Shown: piece after piece, positions 37,871 through 49,265 of the stretch
How positions within the stretch are numbered: the stretch's first letter is position 1
Layout: the number at the start of each line of letters is the position of its first letter
DNA from: a bacterium
GTDB taxonomy: Bacteria; J088; JAWLBW01
Length of the DNA: 49,265 nt
NCBI GenBank assembly: GCA_041687475.1
Contig: JAWLBW010000003.1
Location: forward strand, 1 to 49,265
Direction: 5' to 3'
Program-made: the position numbers and the translations under genes
Notes under the pieces: generated by a model
Seen by the model: the letters and a program-made list of their open reading frames with translations, nothing else
What the model was told of the DNA's origin: nothing
The model's database searches: none

Positions 37871-39274
37871 ATGGCCGTAGATACCCGCAAGCTGAAGGAT
37901 GACGCCAACGCCCTGTATCTGAAGGGCAAGATCAAGGACGCCATCAAACTTCTTGAAACCGTCGTCAAGACAGACAAACGCGACGTCAAGTCGATGGTCA
38001 AGCTGGGCGACTGCTTTCGCAAGGTCAACGACAAGAACAACGCGATCGCTTCGTACAAGCAGGCCGCGCGCCTCTACGCCGCCCAGGGCTTTCTCGTAAA
38101 CGCCATCAGCGTAAGCAAGATGATTCTCAGTCTCGACCCCAACGAGAAAGAGATACAGGAAATGCTGGCCGGCCTTTACGCCAAACGCGAGCGGGAAACG
38201 GGCGGCGGCGATACGGCCGCCGGGGTCAAGGGAGCAAGCCTCGACATACTCGAACAGTTCCGCAAGAAGCCTGCGGCGGCAACACCGGCCGGGGCCCCGG
38301 CCGAGGCCCCGGCACCGGCTGCGGCCCCGTCCGCGCCTGCACCGGCTGCCGTAGAAGCCGCCCCGGTAGCCGAAACCGACGACGAAATCATTCTTGGGGC
38401 CGACGACGATCTCGATGTCGACGGCGAAGACATTCTTTCCCAGATTCCGAGCATTCCCCTCTTCTCGCACCTTACGCGCGACGAGTTCATTCACATCATC
38501 GACCAGTTGCAGCTGCTGGTGTACGAACCCAACGATCTCATCATCTGCGAGGGCGATCACGGCGACTCGTTCTTCGTGATTACGCGCGGAACGGCGGTGG
38601 TAACCAAGAAGGACCCGAGCGGACAGGAGGTCGAGGTGGCCGAACTGAGCGAGGGCAACTTCTTCGGCGAGTTCGCCTTCCTGGCCGACTCCGACCGGCG
38701 GGCTTCGGTCATGGCACGTACCGAACTCGAGGTGCTCGAGTTCAGCCGCGACAAACTCGACGCCATGATTGCTCGCTACCCCCGCGTGCGCGAGGTCATG
38801 CTCGAATTCTACCGCGAGCGGGTCATGAAGACGCTGCTGGCCATCAGCCCCCTCTTCCAGCCGTTTCAGGAGCATGAGAAGCAGGAACTGGCCGGACGCT
38901 TCGAGCACACCGAAGTGCCCAAGGGCACCGTCGTCATTCAGGAAGGCACCGAAGGCGACGGCCTGTACCTCATCATGAGCGGTTCGGTGCGCGTGACGAA
39001 AAACATCGACGGAAAGGAAGTCGAGTTGGCCACCCTGAACGACGGCGAGTTCTTCGGCGAAATGTCGCTGCTGCTGCGGCAGAAGACCACGGCCACCGTT
39101 GCCGCCCTTTCGTCGGCGAGCTTCTTCAAGCTGCCCAAAGCCGTGTTCAACGAGCTCATTCTGACCCACCCGCAGATTCTCGAGGTGGTTTCGGAGTTCA
39201 CCGACAAGCGCAAGGCAAGCACCCAGCGCGTGCTGGCCGGCAGCGGCGCCCTCGCGGGCGCCGGCATGGTCTGA
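37871..39274 (+). CDS. TPR plus tandem cyclic-nucleotide-binding domain protein
   Basis: N-terminal TPRs, Ala/Pro linker and two cNMP domains (EGDHGDSFF..GNFFGE..RRASV; EGTEGDGLY..GEFFGEM). Start placed at ATG 37871; the ORF extends to 37820. Confidence 0.88.
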   Translation: MAVDTRKLKDDANALYLKGKIKDAIKLLETVVKTDKRDVKSMVKLGDCFRKVNDKNNAIASYKQAARLYAAQGFLVNAISVSKMILSLDPNEKEIQEMLAGLYAKRERETGGGDTAAGVKGASLDILEQFRKKPAAATPAGAPAEAPAPAAAPSAPAPAAVEAAPVAETDDEIILGADDDLDVDGEDILSQIPSIPLFSHLTRDEFIHIIDQLQLLVYEPNDLIICEGDHGDSFFVITRGTAVVTKKDPSGQEVEVAELSEGNFFGEFAFLADSDRRASVMARTELEVLEFSRDKLDAMIARYPRVREVMLEFYRERVMKTLLAISPLFQPFQEHEKQELAGRFEHTEVPKGTVVIQEGTEGDGLYLIMSGSVRVTKNIDGKEVELATLNDGEFFGEMSLLLRQKTTATVAALSSASFFKLPKAVFNELILTHPQILEVVSEFTDKRKASTQRVLAGSGALAGAGMV

Positions 39275-39321
39275 GCCCGGTACGAGCGCGGTCGACAGCC
39301 GTTCGAGCGCGGTCGTAGAAG

Positions 39322-40566
39322 TCAGGGCCCGGGTAAAAACAGGCGAATACCGACCGAACGTGAATCGGCTCGCATGAGCGAAGCCCGACCGCGTTCTCCC
39401 GACCAGCTGCCGTCGGCCGACTCGCCGAACCGGCCGGCCAGCAGCCGCGAAATACGGTCGGCGAATTCGCGGGCATGGTGTTCGTCGTCCCAGACCGTAT
39501 CCCACGCAAAGCCGATACCGGGTGCTTCACCCGCCACGGCATACAGTCCATAGCGGTCGCCGCCCCACCCTTCGGCGGCAATGCGTGCCTGTTCGAACCC
39601 CAGGTCCTGCTCCAGTAAGGCAAGCACTCCCAGTTCGCCGTATGTGTCATCGGTAACCGCGCGGGCCCCCTGCCATTCAGGCAACGGAGGCGGCACGGCC
39701 ACCACGACGGGCTCATCGCTCTCGTTCAGGTATTTTTCGGGATGCAGAATCTGCTCGGTCGAGCGCGGCGGACGTACGTAGGCACGGTTCAGAGCGGCGG
39801 TCCCGGCGCGGTTGTACAGCGCCATGACAAACCGCAGCCCTTCGCCGTAGGCAAAGAGAAGCTGACGCTTGAGAAAGGGGGGCGCCGCATTCCACCCGGT
39901 TTCTTCATGCTCGGCATGGGCGGCCCAGGCCACCTTGCGAAGCGGCTTGCCGATGACGTAGTACAGGCCGACCAGCATGGCCTCGCCCTCGACGAAGGCG
40001 CTTCGCGCCGCATCGGCGTCGCTGTTGCCGACCGGTTGCATGTAGGCCCGCAGGTCGAAGTTCTGGTCGCTGAGCGCGTGGGCCAGCTCGTGGGCCAGCA
40101 GAAACTCGCCGCCGATGTCGCGCTGAAGGACGGTACCGAGAACGTCGAGCATTCCCCCCAGGCTGGTGTTGCCGTCGACGAGGCGCATGACTCGCTGTTC
40201 GGTGTCGTAGTAACCGGCCGTCTGTTCGGTAAGCAGATCGACGAGCACATCGTGCAGGGAAAGATCGGCCGGCAGCAGGCCCAGGCCCCGGTAAAGCGCT
40301 TCCTCGGCCGCAAGTGTTTCAGCGCCGACATCGCGCTCGATGCTGGCGATGAGCTCACCGCGCAGCTCGCCCGCTTCCACCAGTTCAATCGGCAGGGGGC
40401 CCCGCAACGGCAGACCGCGCACCTCTGCGGTGCGGGCGGCCACGTCGCGTACGAATTTTTCATTGAGGCTTCCGTCGCGCAGCAGACCGTTGCGGCTGCA
40501 CGACGGAAGAAAGCATGCAAAAAGAAGGACGCTCAGTTGGAAGATACGGGACCGTACCAGCGCCAT
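39322..40566 (-). CDS. Putative zincin-like metallopeptidase lipoprotein
   Basis: Lipobox LPSC, AGYYD, LAHELAHALSDQNF (HExxH), EGEA, PPRSTEQILHPEKY and GWGGDRY. Confidence 0.75.
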   Translation of the reverse strand: MALVRSRIFQLSVLLFACFLPSCSRNGLLRDGSLNEKFVRDVAARTAEVRGLPLRGPLPIELVEAGELRGELIASIERDVGAETLAAEEALYRGLGLLPADLSLHDVLVDLLTEQTAGYYDTEQRVMRLVDGNTSLGGMLDVLGTVLQRDIGGEFLLAHELAHALSDQNFDLRAYMQPVGNSDADAARSAFVEGEAMLVGLYYVIGKPLRKVAWAAHAEHEETGWNAAPPFLKRQLLFAYGEGLRFVMALYNRAGTAALNRAYVRPPRSTEQILHPEKYLNESDEPVVVAVPPPLPEWQGARAVTDDTYGELGVLALLEQDLGFEQARIAAEGWGGDRYGLYAVAGEAPGIGFAWDTVWDDEHHAREFADRISRLLAGRFGESADGSWSGERGRASLMRADSRSVGIRLFLPGP

Positions 40567-40958
40567 TCACCACCTTCGTACCGCCACAGGTGCTCATGGC
40601 GATCAACCTCGCGGGCGGTCGGCGCCTTTCCGGGACCCGTGCGCTTTGTTGCTTCCAGATAATTGATCGGCGCCCGCGCTTTTCCCTTGAGGAAGTCGAT
40701 TTTCGGCTCGCCCGCGGCAACGACCGAGTCGTATCGCCGCTCGGCCAGACCGCCGGTCAGCTGCTCGAATGCGGGCAGCGCCTCGTCGGCCACGTATGGG
40801 CGGGCCTGGTCGAATTGCCTGGAGTTCACAGCCTTGTTCATGCCGTATACCGCTCTGCCGAGCGAAAGCGTCATGTCCTTGGCCGACTTCTTCGGCTGGC
40901 TGTCGCAGGCGGCAACCAGTATCAATGCAAACGCAAACAGCGTAACAACTCGACGCAT
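40533..40958 (-). CDS. Small hypothetical lipoprotein
   Basis: Start MRRVVTLF at ATG 40958, lipobox VAAC, overlaps the next gene by 34 bp. Similar to 33582..34010. Confidence 0.7.
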   Translation of the reverse strand: MRRVVTLFAFALILVAACDSQPKKSAKDMTLSLGRAVYGMNKAVNSRQFDQARPYVADEALPAFEQLTGGLAERRYDSVVAAGEPKIDFLKGKARAPINYLEATKRTGPGKAPTAREVDRHEHLWRYEGGEWRWYGPVSSN

Positions 40959-41216
40959 AATCTCAGTATACACGGAAGGTGGTTTTTGCAGAGGGTGCGC
41001 GGGTTGCGCCCCATCGACGAAAGCAGACGACGCTCGCCCGTAGAGGCCGGGAACGTCTTCCGGGCAGTAAGCATACCTTCTTTCGCGACCGCACGGCAAG
41101 CCGGTTTGCCGAATCTTGAGCGCTCAATACCCGACCATGTCGGTCGCCGATCCTTTGGCATATCCGACGTAGAAGTGGGAAAATAGAGGATTCAGCCTCT
41201 GTCACGAAAGGATGTC

Positions 41217-44927
<3,711 letters not shown>

Positions 44928-45033
44928 GACGGCTCTGGGCCGATGCGGCGGCCGTCGGCACCGGGCGCGTGGACGCTACCCGCCGCCTGCGTGTATGCTG
45001 TAGAGTACTTACCGCCGCAAGGGATGAGGGGTT

Positions 45034-45243
45034 GTGAAGCAGGCAAATTGTCTATCGTGCATGCATTTCGAACGCGTCGACCACGCCTGCCGATTCGACA
45101 CGGCAAGCAAGCGGGGTGAAGCCCCCCGCATTGCACCGGGAACCGACGTGCGCACCTTCCGATGCGCCGATTATCTCGGCTGGGAAAACGAGTCTCTGCC
45201 CTTTGCGCCGAGCGGAAACGTAAAGCGCGTTCGCGAGGGATGA
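45034..45243 (+). CDS. Small four-Cys hypothetical protein (possible metal binding)
   Basis: GAGGGG RBS before GTG and C-x2-C-x-HF...C...C pattern. The 3' end overlaps the convergent gene. Confidence 0.5.
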   Translation: MKQANCLSCMHFERVDHACRFDTASKRGEAPRIAPGTDVRTFRCADYLGWENESLPFAPSGNVKRVREG

Positions 45244-45452
45244 CGCAGGTGATTGACCAGATCGGAAAACCCGCCGATCATGCGCTCGCCCTGCATGACA
45301 AGCGGTAGCGACTGGCCGGTTTCGTTTTCGAGGCTCAGGGCCTGCGCGTCGTCGACCCTGATTTCGACGAAGGGTTGATGGCGATCCATCAACGTAAGCA
45401 TGATGCGCTCGACCTGGGGACCCTCTTCCCGCGTGTAGATTTCGTAGTGCAT
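45171..45452 (-). CDS. Glutaredoxin-fold protein lacking active-site cysteines
   Basis: ATG 45452 with GAGGGAG RBS. EIYTREEGPQV aligns to IYT..xCPYC, and TGQSLPLV...MIGGFSDL matches the Grx T-V-P...IGG.DL pattern. Confidence 0.65.
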   Translation of the reverse strand: MHYEIYTREEGPQVERIMLTLMDRHQPFVEIRVDDAQALSLENETGQSLPLVMQGERMIGGFSDLVNHLRHPSRTRFTFPLGAKGRDSFSQPR

Positions 45453-45581
45453 CGTTCTTCTCCCTCGCAGAAATGTTCCTGCTCGACCGTAGAACCGCTG
45501 TGCCCACCGACGGCCTGCACCGTAATTCCGGGTGCGAATGCCGCCATTTCGTCGGCCGGCAACCTTGTGCCCCGGCACTTG

Positions 45582-45590
45582 TGGTATGAT
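45582..45590 (+). promoter_or_regulatory. Possible extended -10 promoter
   Basis: TGGTATGAT about 80 bp upstream of ATG 45668. Confidence 0.4.
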
Positions 45591-45667
45591 CCGACCGTCA
45601 CGCCTCTGATGAGGCGGAAAGGACCATCATATACAGAATTTCAGAATTTGCAATTTTTTCTGTAACA

Positions 45668-46285
45668 ATGCCTGAAGTTTCCCTGCCAAACGTTCTCGTT
45701 CCCCTTGCACTGGGCCTGGCGCTGGTGCTCTCGCGGCTCGAGGTACTCGTGCTGCGCAGGCGGCAACGCAGGCTGTTGAAACGCGAGGCCGCGCTCGAGG
45801 CGCGGGCCCGCGTGGCCGACGACACCGAACGCCTGCATGCGAAGTATCGCGATCAGGCGTTTCGCGAGGGGGTACTGGAAGGTCTCCGGCAGGCCGACGG
45901 GCAGGTTCGCGCACAGGACGACAGGGTATGGCGCCAGGGTTACGAGCACGGACTGCTTGAAGGCGAGCGCAAGGCCGAAGAGCACTTTCGCGTCGACTAC
46001 TGGACCGAAATTCACAAGAACCAGGGCTACTTCTTCACCTCGGCCGAGGTCATTGCCTACACCCAGCTGATGTACAAGAACATTCCCATCGGCCAGCCGC
46101 AGCGCCACGTGCTCGAAAAGTCGGAGAGCGTCGATCGCGAAAGCATCGAACGCGCCGTCAGCCGCATGCTGGGCGAAAAAGCGCCGGTCGGGCCGGAAAC
46201 GGGCGCCCTCGACGAAGGCACAGGCCCCCGCCTGCGCGTCGTGCCCCGCGAACCGGCCAAGGCCCTCGCCGGCGGCAAGGGCTGA
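45668..46285 (+). CDS. Membrane-anchored hypothetical protein with coiled coil and GxxxG (FliH/Yae1-like) repeats
   Basis: N-terminal TM helix, then FREGVLEGLRQA and WRQGYEHGLLEGERKA. Confidence 0.65.
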   Translation: MPEVSLPNVLVPLALGLALVLSRLEVLVLRRRQRRLLKREAALEARARVADDTERLHAKYRDQAFREGVLEGLRQADGQVRAQDDRVWRQGYEHGLLEGERKAEEHFRVDYWTEIHKNQGYFFTSAEVIAYTQLMYKNIPIGQPQRHVLEKSESVDRESIERAVSRMLGEKAPVGPETGALDEGTGPRLRVVPREPAKALAGGKG

Positions 46286-46419
46286 CCGATTCACCCGAAC
46301 GATCGACCTTGCTACCCGGCTGGTTCCGCCCGGGTTCACCGCGATCGAGCGCAGAACAGCTTCAGCACTTCGAACCGGTTAGGGCCAGCCACTTACCCCA
46401 GTATTTCCCACGCTCGGTA

Positions 46420-46983
46420 TCAGCGCCGTGCCATGCCGCCGGCGCCCATGCGCGACATCCACTGCTGCATTTCCTGCTGCAACTTTTCGCGTTGTTGATC
46501 GTTCAGCGCCTGCATGACGGCTTCGCGCTCTTCCCACAAGCTGCGGGCCCACTGCTGGTATGCTTCGTTGTGCGCCTCGACCTGCTCGGTAACGGCATCG
46601 CGGTCGGCCGCAGGATCCATGATGATGGCCGACATGCCGTGCATCGAGGTCATCATCGAGCGGCGCATTTCCTGCCGTTGTGCGCGGTAGTCTTGCTGCA
46701 GGCGCATGATTCGGCCCAACTGTTCGTCGGTCAGCTCCAGTTCTTCGGCATTGGCGAGCACCGGATGCGAGAAGCTGCTCATGCCTCCACGCATCATAGC
46801 CCCGCGCATCTGGGCCCCGCGCATCTGGCCGCGCATGCGGGTGCGCTTGCCCCCCTGCATGTCATCGTCCATGCGGCTCATGCCTCTTCCATCCTGCGTT
46901 CCCTGGGCACGCTGCTGTTGCTGCGCGTGCGCGGTACCCGTGATCATCGCCGATATCGCCAGAGCGGCGAGTACGCGTTTCAT
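46420..46983 (-). CDS. Spy/CpxP-family periplasmic protein (Met-rich, LTxxQ motifs)
   Basis: ATG 46983 with GAGGAG RBS, signal peptide ...TAHA, Met/Gly-rich N-terminus, LELTDEQ and ALNDQQ. Confidence 0.8.
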   Translation of the reverse strand: MKRVLAALAISAMITGTAHAQQQQRAQGTQDGRGMSRMDDDMQGGKRTRMRGQMRGAQMRGAMMRGGMSSFSHPVLANAEELELTDEQLGRIMRLQQDYRAQRQEMRRSMMTSMHGMSAIIMDPAADRDAVTEQVEAHNEAYQQWARSLWEEREAVMQALNDQQREKLQQEMQQWMSRMGAGGMARR

Positions 46984-47199
46984 AAACTTCTCCTCACATG
47001 GTATTTTCCGCCACTCTAGCACGGCGCTTCGTTGCCGCGCGCTTTCCGGCTCCTATCGCGAACCGGGGGCTCGACATGCCTCTGTCGTTTACAGGCATGG
47101 GCACCAACCCATGTTTGTCGTTCGGGCCGTCCGTGCGACACTCGGCCCCTTCTGATACACTCTGCCTTCTGCACTCTGCTTTCCTTCCGGGTTTTCCAC

Positions 47200-48285
47200 A
47201 TGTATGACGCACTCAGGCCCCTGCTTTTCAAGCTCGACGCTGAAACCGCGCACGGACTCGGCCACCGCGCTCTCGGCATGGCCGAAACCTTTCCACCACT
47301 GCGGCACGCCTGGGAACGACGTTTCACCCGCCACGACGAGCGGCTGACCACCACGTGCTTCGGGCTGCGGTTTCCCAACCCGGTCGGACTGGCTGCAGGG
47401 TTCGACAAGGACGGCGAGCACCCGCGCGCGCTGGCGGCGCTGGGGTTCGGTTATATCGAAGTCGGTACGGTCACGGCCTTTCCGCAACCGGGAAATCCGC
47501 CGCCGCGTCTTTTCCGCCTTCCGCCCGACGGCGCGCTGCTCAACCGCATGGGTTTCAACAACCATGGCGCGAAAACCCTGGCCGACAACCTGCGGGGCAA
47601 GCAGGTGCCCGTTCCCCTCGGCATAAACCTCGGTAAATCGAAGATCACGCCGAATGAGGCGGCGCTTGACGACTACCTGGCAAGCCTCGACGCCGTGCAC
47701 GATCTGGCCGATTATTTGGTCGTGAACGTGTCGAGCCCGAACACCCCCGGTCTGCGTGCCCTGCAGGAAAAGGAACCGCTGCGCAATCTGCTTGCGGGCC
47801 TGGGCGAAAGACTGCGCGCCCTTTCGGGTGGAACCGGCCCCAAACCCCTTCTGCTCAAGATTGCGCCCGACCTCAGCGACAGCCAGCTCGGCGAGATCGT
47901 CGACCTGTTGGGCGAAGTACACGTCGACGGCCTCATCGCCACGAATACAACCATTTCACGCGAGGGCCTTCGCACCCCGGCGCCTGCCGTCGAAGCGTTG
48001 GGCGCGGGGGGAATCTCGGGGAGACCGGTCACCGCCCGGTCGACCGAGGTCATTCGCTTTCTGCACCGGCAAACCGCCGGCAAGACACCCATCATCGGCG
48101 TCGGCGGCATCTTCACCGGCCAGGACGCGGTCGAGAAAATGAAGGCCGGGGCCTCGCTGGTGCAGGTGTACACCGGCTTCATTTACGGCGGCCCCGGCAC
48201 CATCGCCCGCATTCTCGACGAAATGCTCGTGCTGGCCGTGCGCGACGGCGTCAAGAACGTGCGCGACTGGGTGGGAGCGGCGTAA
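47200..48285 (+). CDS. pyrD: Quinone-dependent dihydroorotate dehydrogenase (class 2)
   Basis: LDAETAH, NPVGLAAGFDK, LNRMGFNN, NVSSPNTPGLR, LKIAPDL, TNTT, GGISG and IIGVGGI. Start at ATG 47200. Confidence 0.96.
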   Translation: MYDALRPLLFKLDAETAHGLGHRALGMAETFPPLRHAWERRFTRHDERLTTTCFGLRFPNPVGLAAGFDKDGEHPRALAALGFGYIEVGTVTAFPQPGNPPPRLFRLPPDGALLNRMGFNNHGAKTLADNLRGKQVPVPLGINLGKSKITPNEAALDDYLASLDAVHDLADYLVVNVSSPNTPGLRALQEKEPLRNLLAGLGERLRALSGGTGPKPLLLKIAPDLSDSQLGEIVDLLGEVHVDGLIATNTTISREGLRTPAPAVEALGAGGISGRPVTARSTEVIRFLHRQTAGKTPIIGVGGIFTGQDAVEKMKAGASLVQVYTGFIYGGPGTIARILDEMLVLAVRDGVKNVRDWVGAA

Positions 48286-48300
48286 GCTTTGCTTACGCCG

Positions 48301-48335
48301 AATGCCCGATGCCCAATGGCCAATGCTCAACTACC
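48301..48335. repeat. Degenerate 7-bp tandem repeat
   Basis: AATGCCC GATGCCC AATGGCC AATGCTC AACTACC just after the pyrD stop. Confidence 0.6.
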
Positions 48336-48568
48336 TATTATCCATGGCCGAGGTGGGAACCCACGTTACAGCCCTGCCCACGGTGACCAACTCTGCGCGA
48401 AGGCGCTTCTTGCACCGGGCGCCGGCTTGTGCCATATTATCGGCTCTGCAACGTGCGGTTCGCGGTCGCGTGAACGGCACTTCGTGACTCTGCCGGAAGG
48501 GTTTTCCGGCTTTCATTCGTAGAATCTGCTTGAAACGCAATCGTGCAGGCGGCGCGCAGCCGCAATAC

Positions 48569-48919
48569 ATGCTTCCGCTCGTATCGGGTCCGGGCATTGC
48601 CCCGGTGCGCTACGGATTGAGCCATGAAGACGGGCTCGAGCCCGAGCAGCTTGCCTTTCTGCAGACCTACCTGCGGCGTCACCTGCCCCGCTCGCTGCCC
48701 TGCCTGAGCGAATCGGCGCGACGGGCCCTCTCCGACCGCGAGCGGGAACAATACGAGGCCGAATCGCGGCGACTCGACGAGCAGCGGCGGCTCATGCTGG
48801 AAGCGGCCCTCTACGCCGCCCGGCGCCAATGGCCCAGGCTGCGCCTGCACCCCAAGTGTCACGTCGACGTGCAGCTCGTCATGCCCCTCGGCGACGACGA
48901 CCCCACGATACCGTTCTGA
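48569..48919 (+). CDS. Hypothetical protein
   Basis: GC3-rich codon usage typical of this genome and an acidic DDDPTIPF tail. Start uncertain (ATG 48569 or TTG 48530). Confidence 0.55.
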   Translation: MLPLVSGPGIAPVRYGLSHEDGLEPEQLAFLQTYLRRHLPRSLPCLSESARRALSDREREQYEAESRRLDEQRRLMLEAALYAARRQWPRLRLHPKCHVDVQLVMPLGDDDPTIPF

Positions 48920-48960
48920 ACGTGCTGCTCGGTGGTCGGCGGACGGCAGACGGCGAACGG

Positions 48961-49068
48961 CGGTGCGTGCTGCACGGGTTGACCTTCGGAGCTTCAGACT
49001 CTCAGACCTTCAGATCTTCAGACTTTCAGACTTTCGGACTTTCGGACCACGGCGCGTGCTGCACGGGT
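48961..49068. repeat. 8 x 8-bp tandem array flanked by 19-bp direct repeats
   Basis: Units YTTCRGAC at 48984-49047. Flanks CGGTGCGTGCTGCACGGGT (48961-48979) and CGGCGCGTGCTGCACGGGT (49050-49068). Confidence 0.85.
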
Positions 49069-49193
49069 GCACGGTTTACCCCCGACCGTGACCCCGCTTG
49101 TCGCACGTGCCCCCTGAGAGGCTGATCATTGATCACATTTTCAGGCAATGTCCTGCGTCGACTCTAATGACTGGTTTCCGGATTAAGTGCTGA

Positions 49194-49241
49194 GGCCCGG
49201 AGGGCCGGCTTATGCTAAGCCCAGGACGTAAGTCCTGGGTT
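49194..49241. repeat. REP-like double hairpin
   Basis: GGCCC-gga-GGGCC followed by GCCCAGGAC-gtaa-GTCCTGGGT. Confidence 0.6.
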
Positions 49242-49265
49242 ACGTGGGAAAAGGCCCTGGGAACC

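Noticed and set aside
40959-41216. SAM or cobalamin riboswitch upstream of metH
   Set aside because: I could not find SAM-I, SAH or B12-box consensus motifs. Only a short hairpin near 41185-41200 is visible. An Rfam scan would settle it.
48961-49068. CRISPR array (also considered for 30349-30407)
   Set aside because: Only two short flanking repeats, the interior is a microsatellite rather than unique spacers, and there are no cas genes.

Overview
GC-rich bacterial chromosomal window, probably Myxococcota or deltaproteobacterial-like (inferred from the MYXO-CTERM-type sorting tails and the many lipoproteins). Housekeeping genes are folC, a pteridine-reductase-like SDR, polA, an M16 protease, metH and pyrD. 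There is also a cAMP module (CHASE2 adenylate cyclase next to a Crp/Fnr regulator) and a distant TPR plus two-cNMP-domain protein. The standout is an old, diverged tandem duplication (period about 9.2 kb, 6.8-24.8 kb) of an uncharacterised three-gene cell-envelope operon. Each copy encodes a ~315-aa secreted helical protein, a ~1500-aa Cys-rich protein with BPI/LBP(TULIP)-like motifs and a MYXO-CTERM-like tail, and a 1083-aa Ig-like lipoprotein. Both copies are intact and keep the same promoter motif. The two ~1500-aa paralogs differ most in Cys-bounded loops on a near-identical scaffold, which suggests a diversified recognition or lipid-handling surface system. Smaller points are an internally deleted BtrH/DUF4872-like pseudogene missed by the ORF track, a mini DnaA/Hda-like ATPase, a Cys-less glutaredoxin-like protein, a GxDxxWxTxDD-repeat secreted protein, REP/MITE-like hairpins at both window ends and several intergenic 7-8-bp microsatellites. 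All family calls come from motif recognition by eye; no searches were run.
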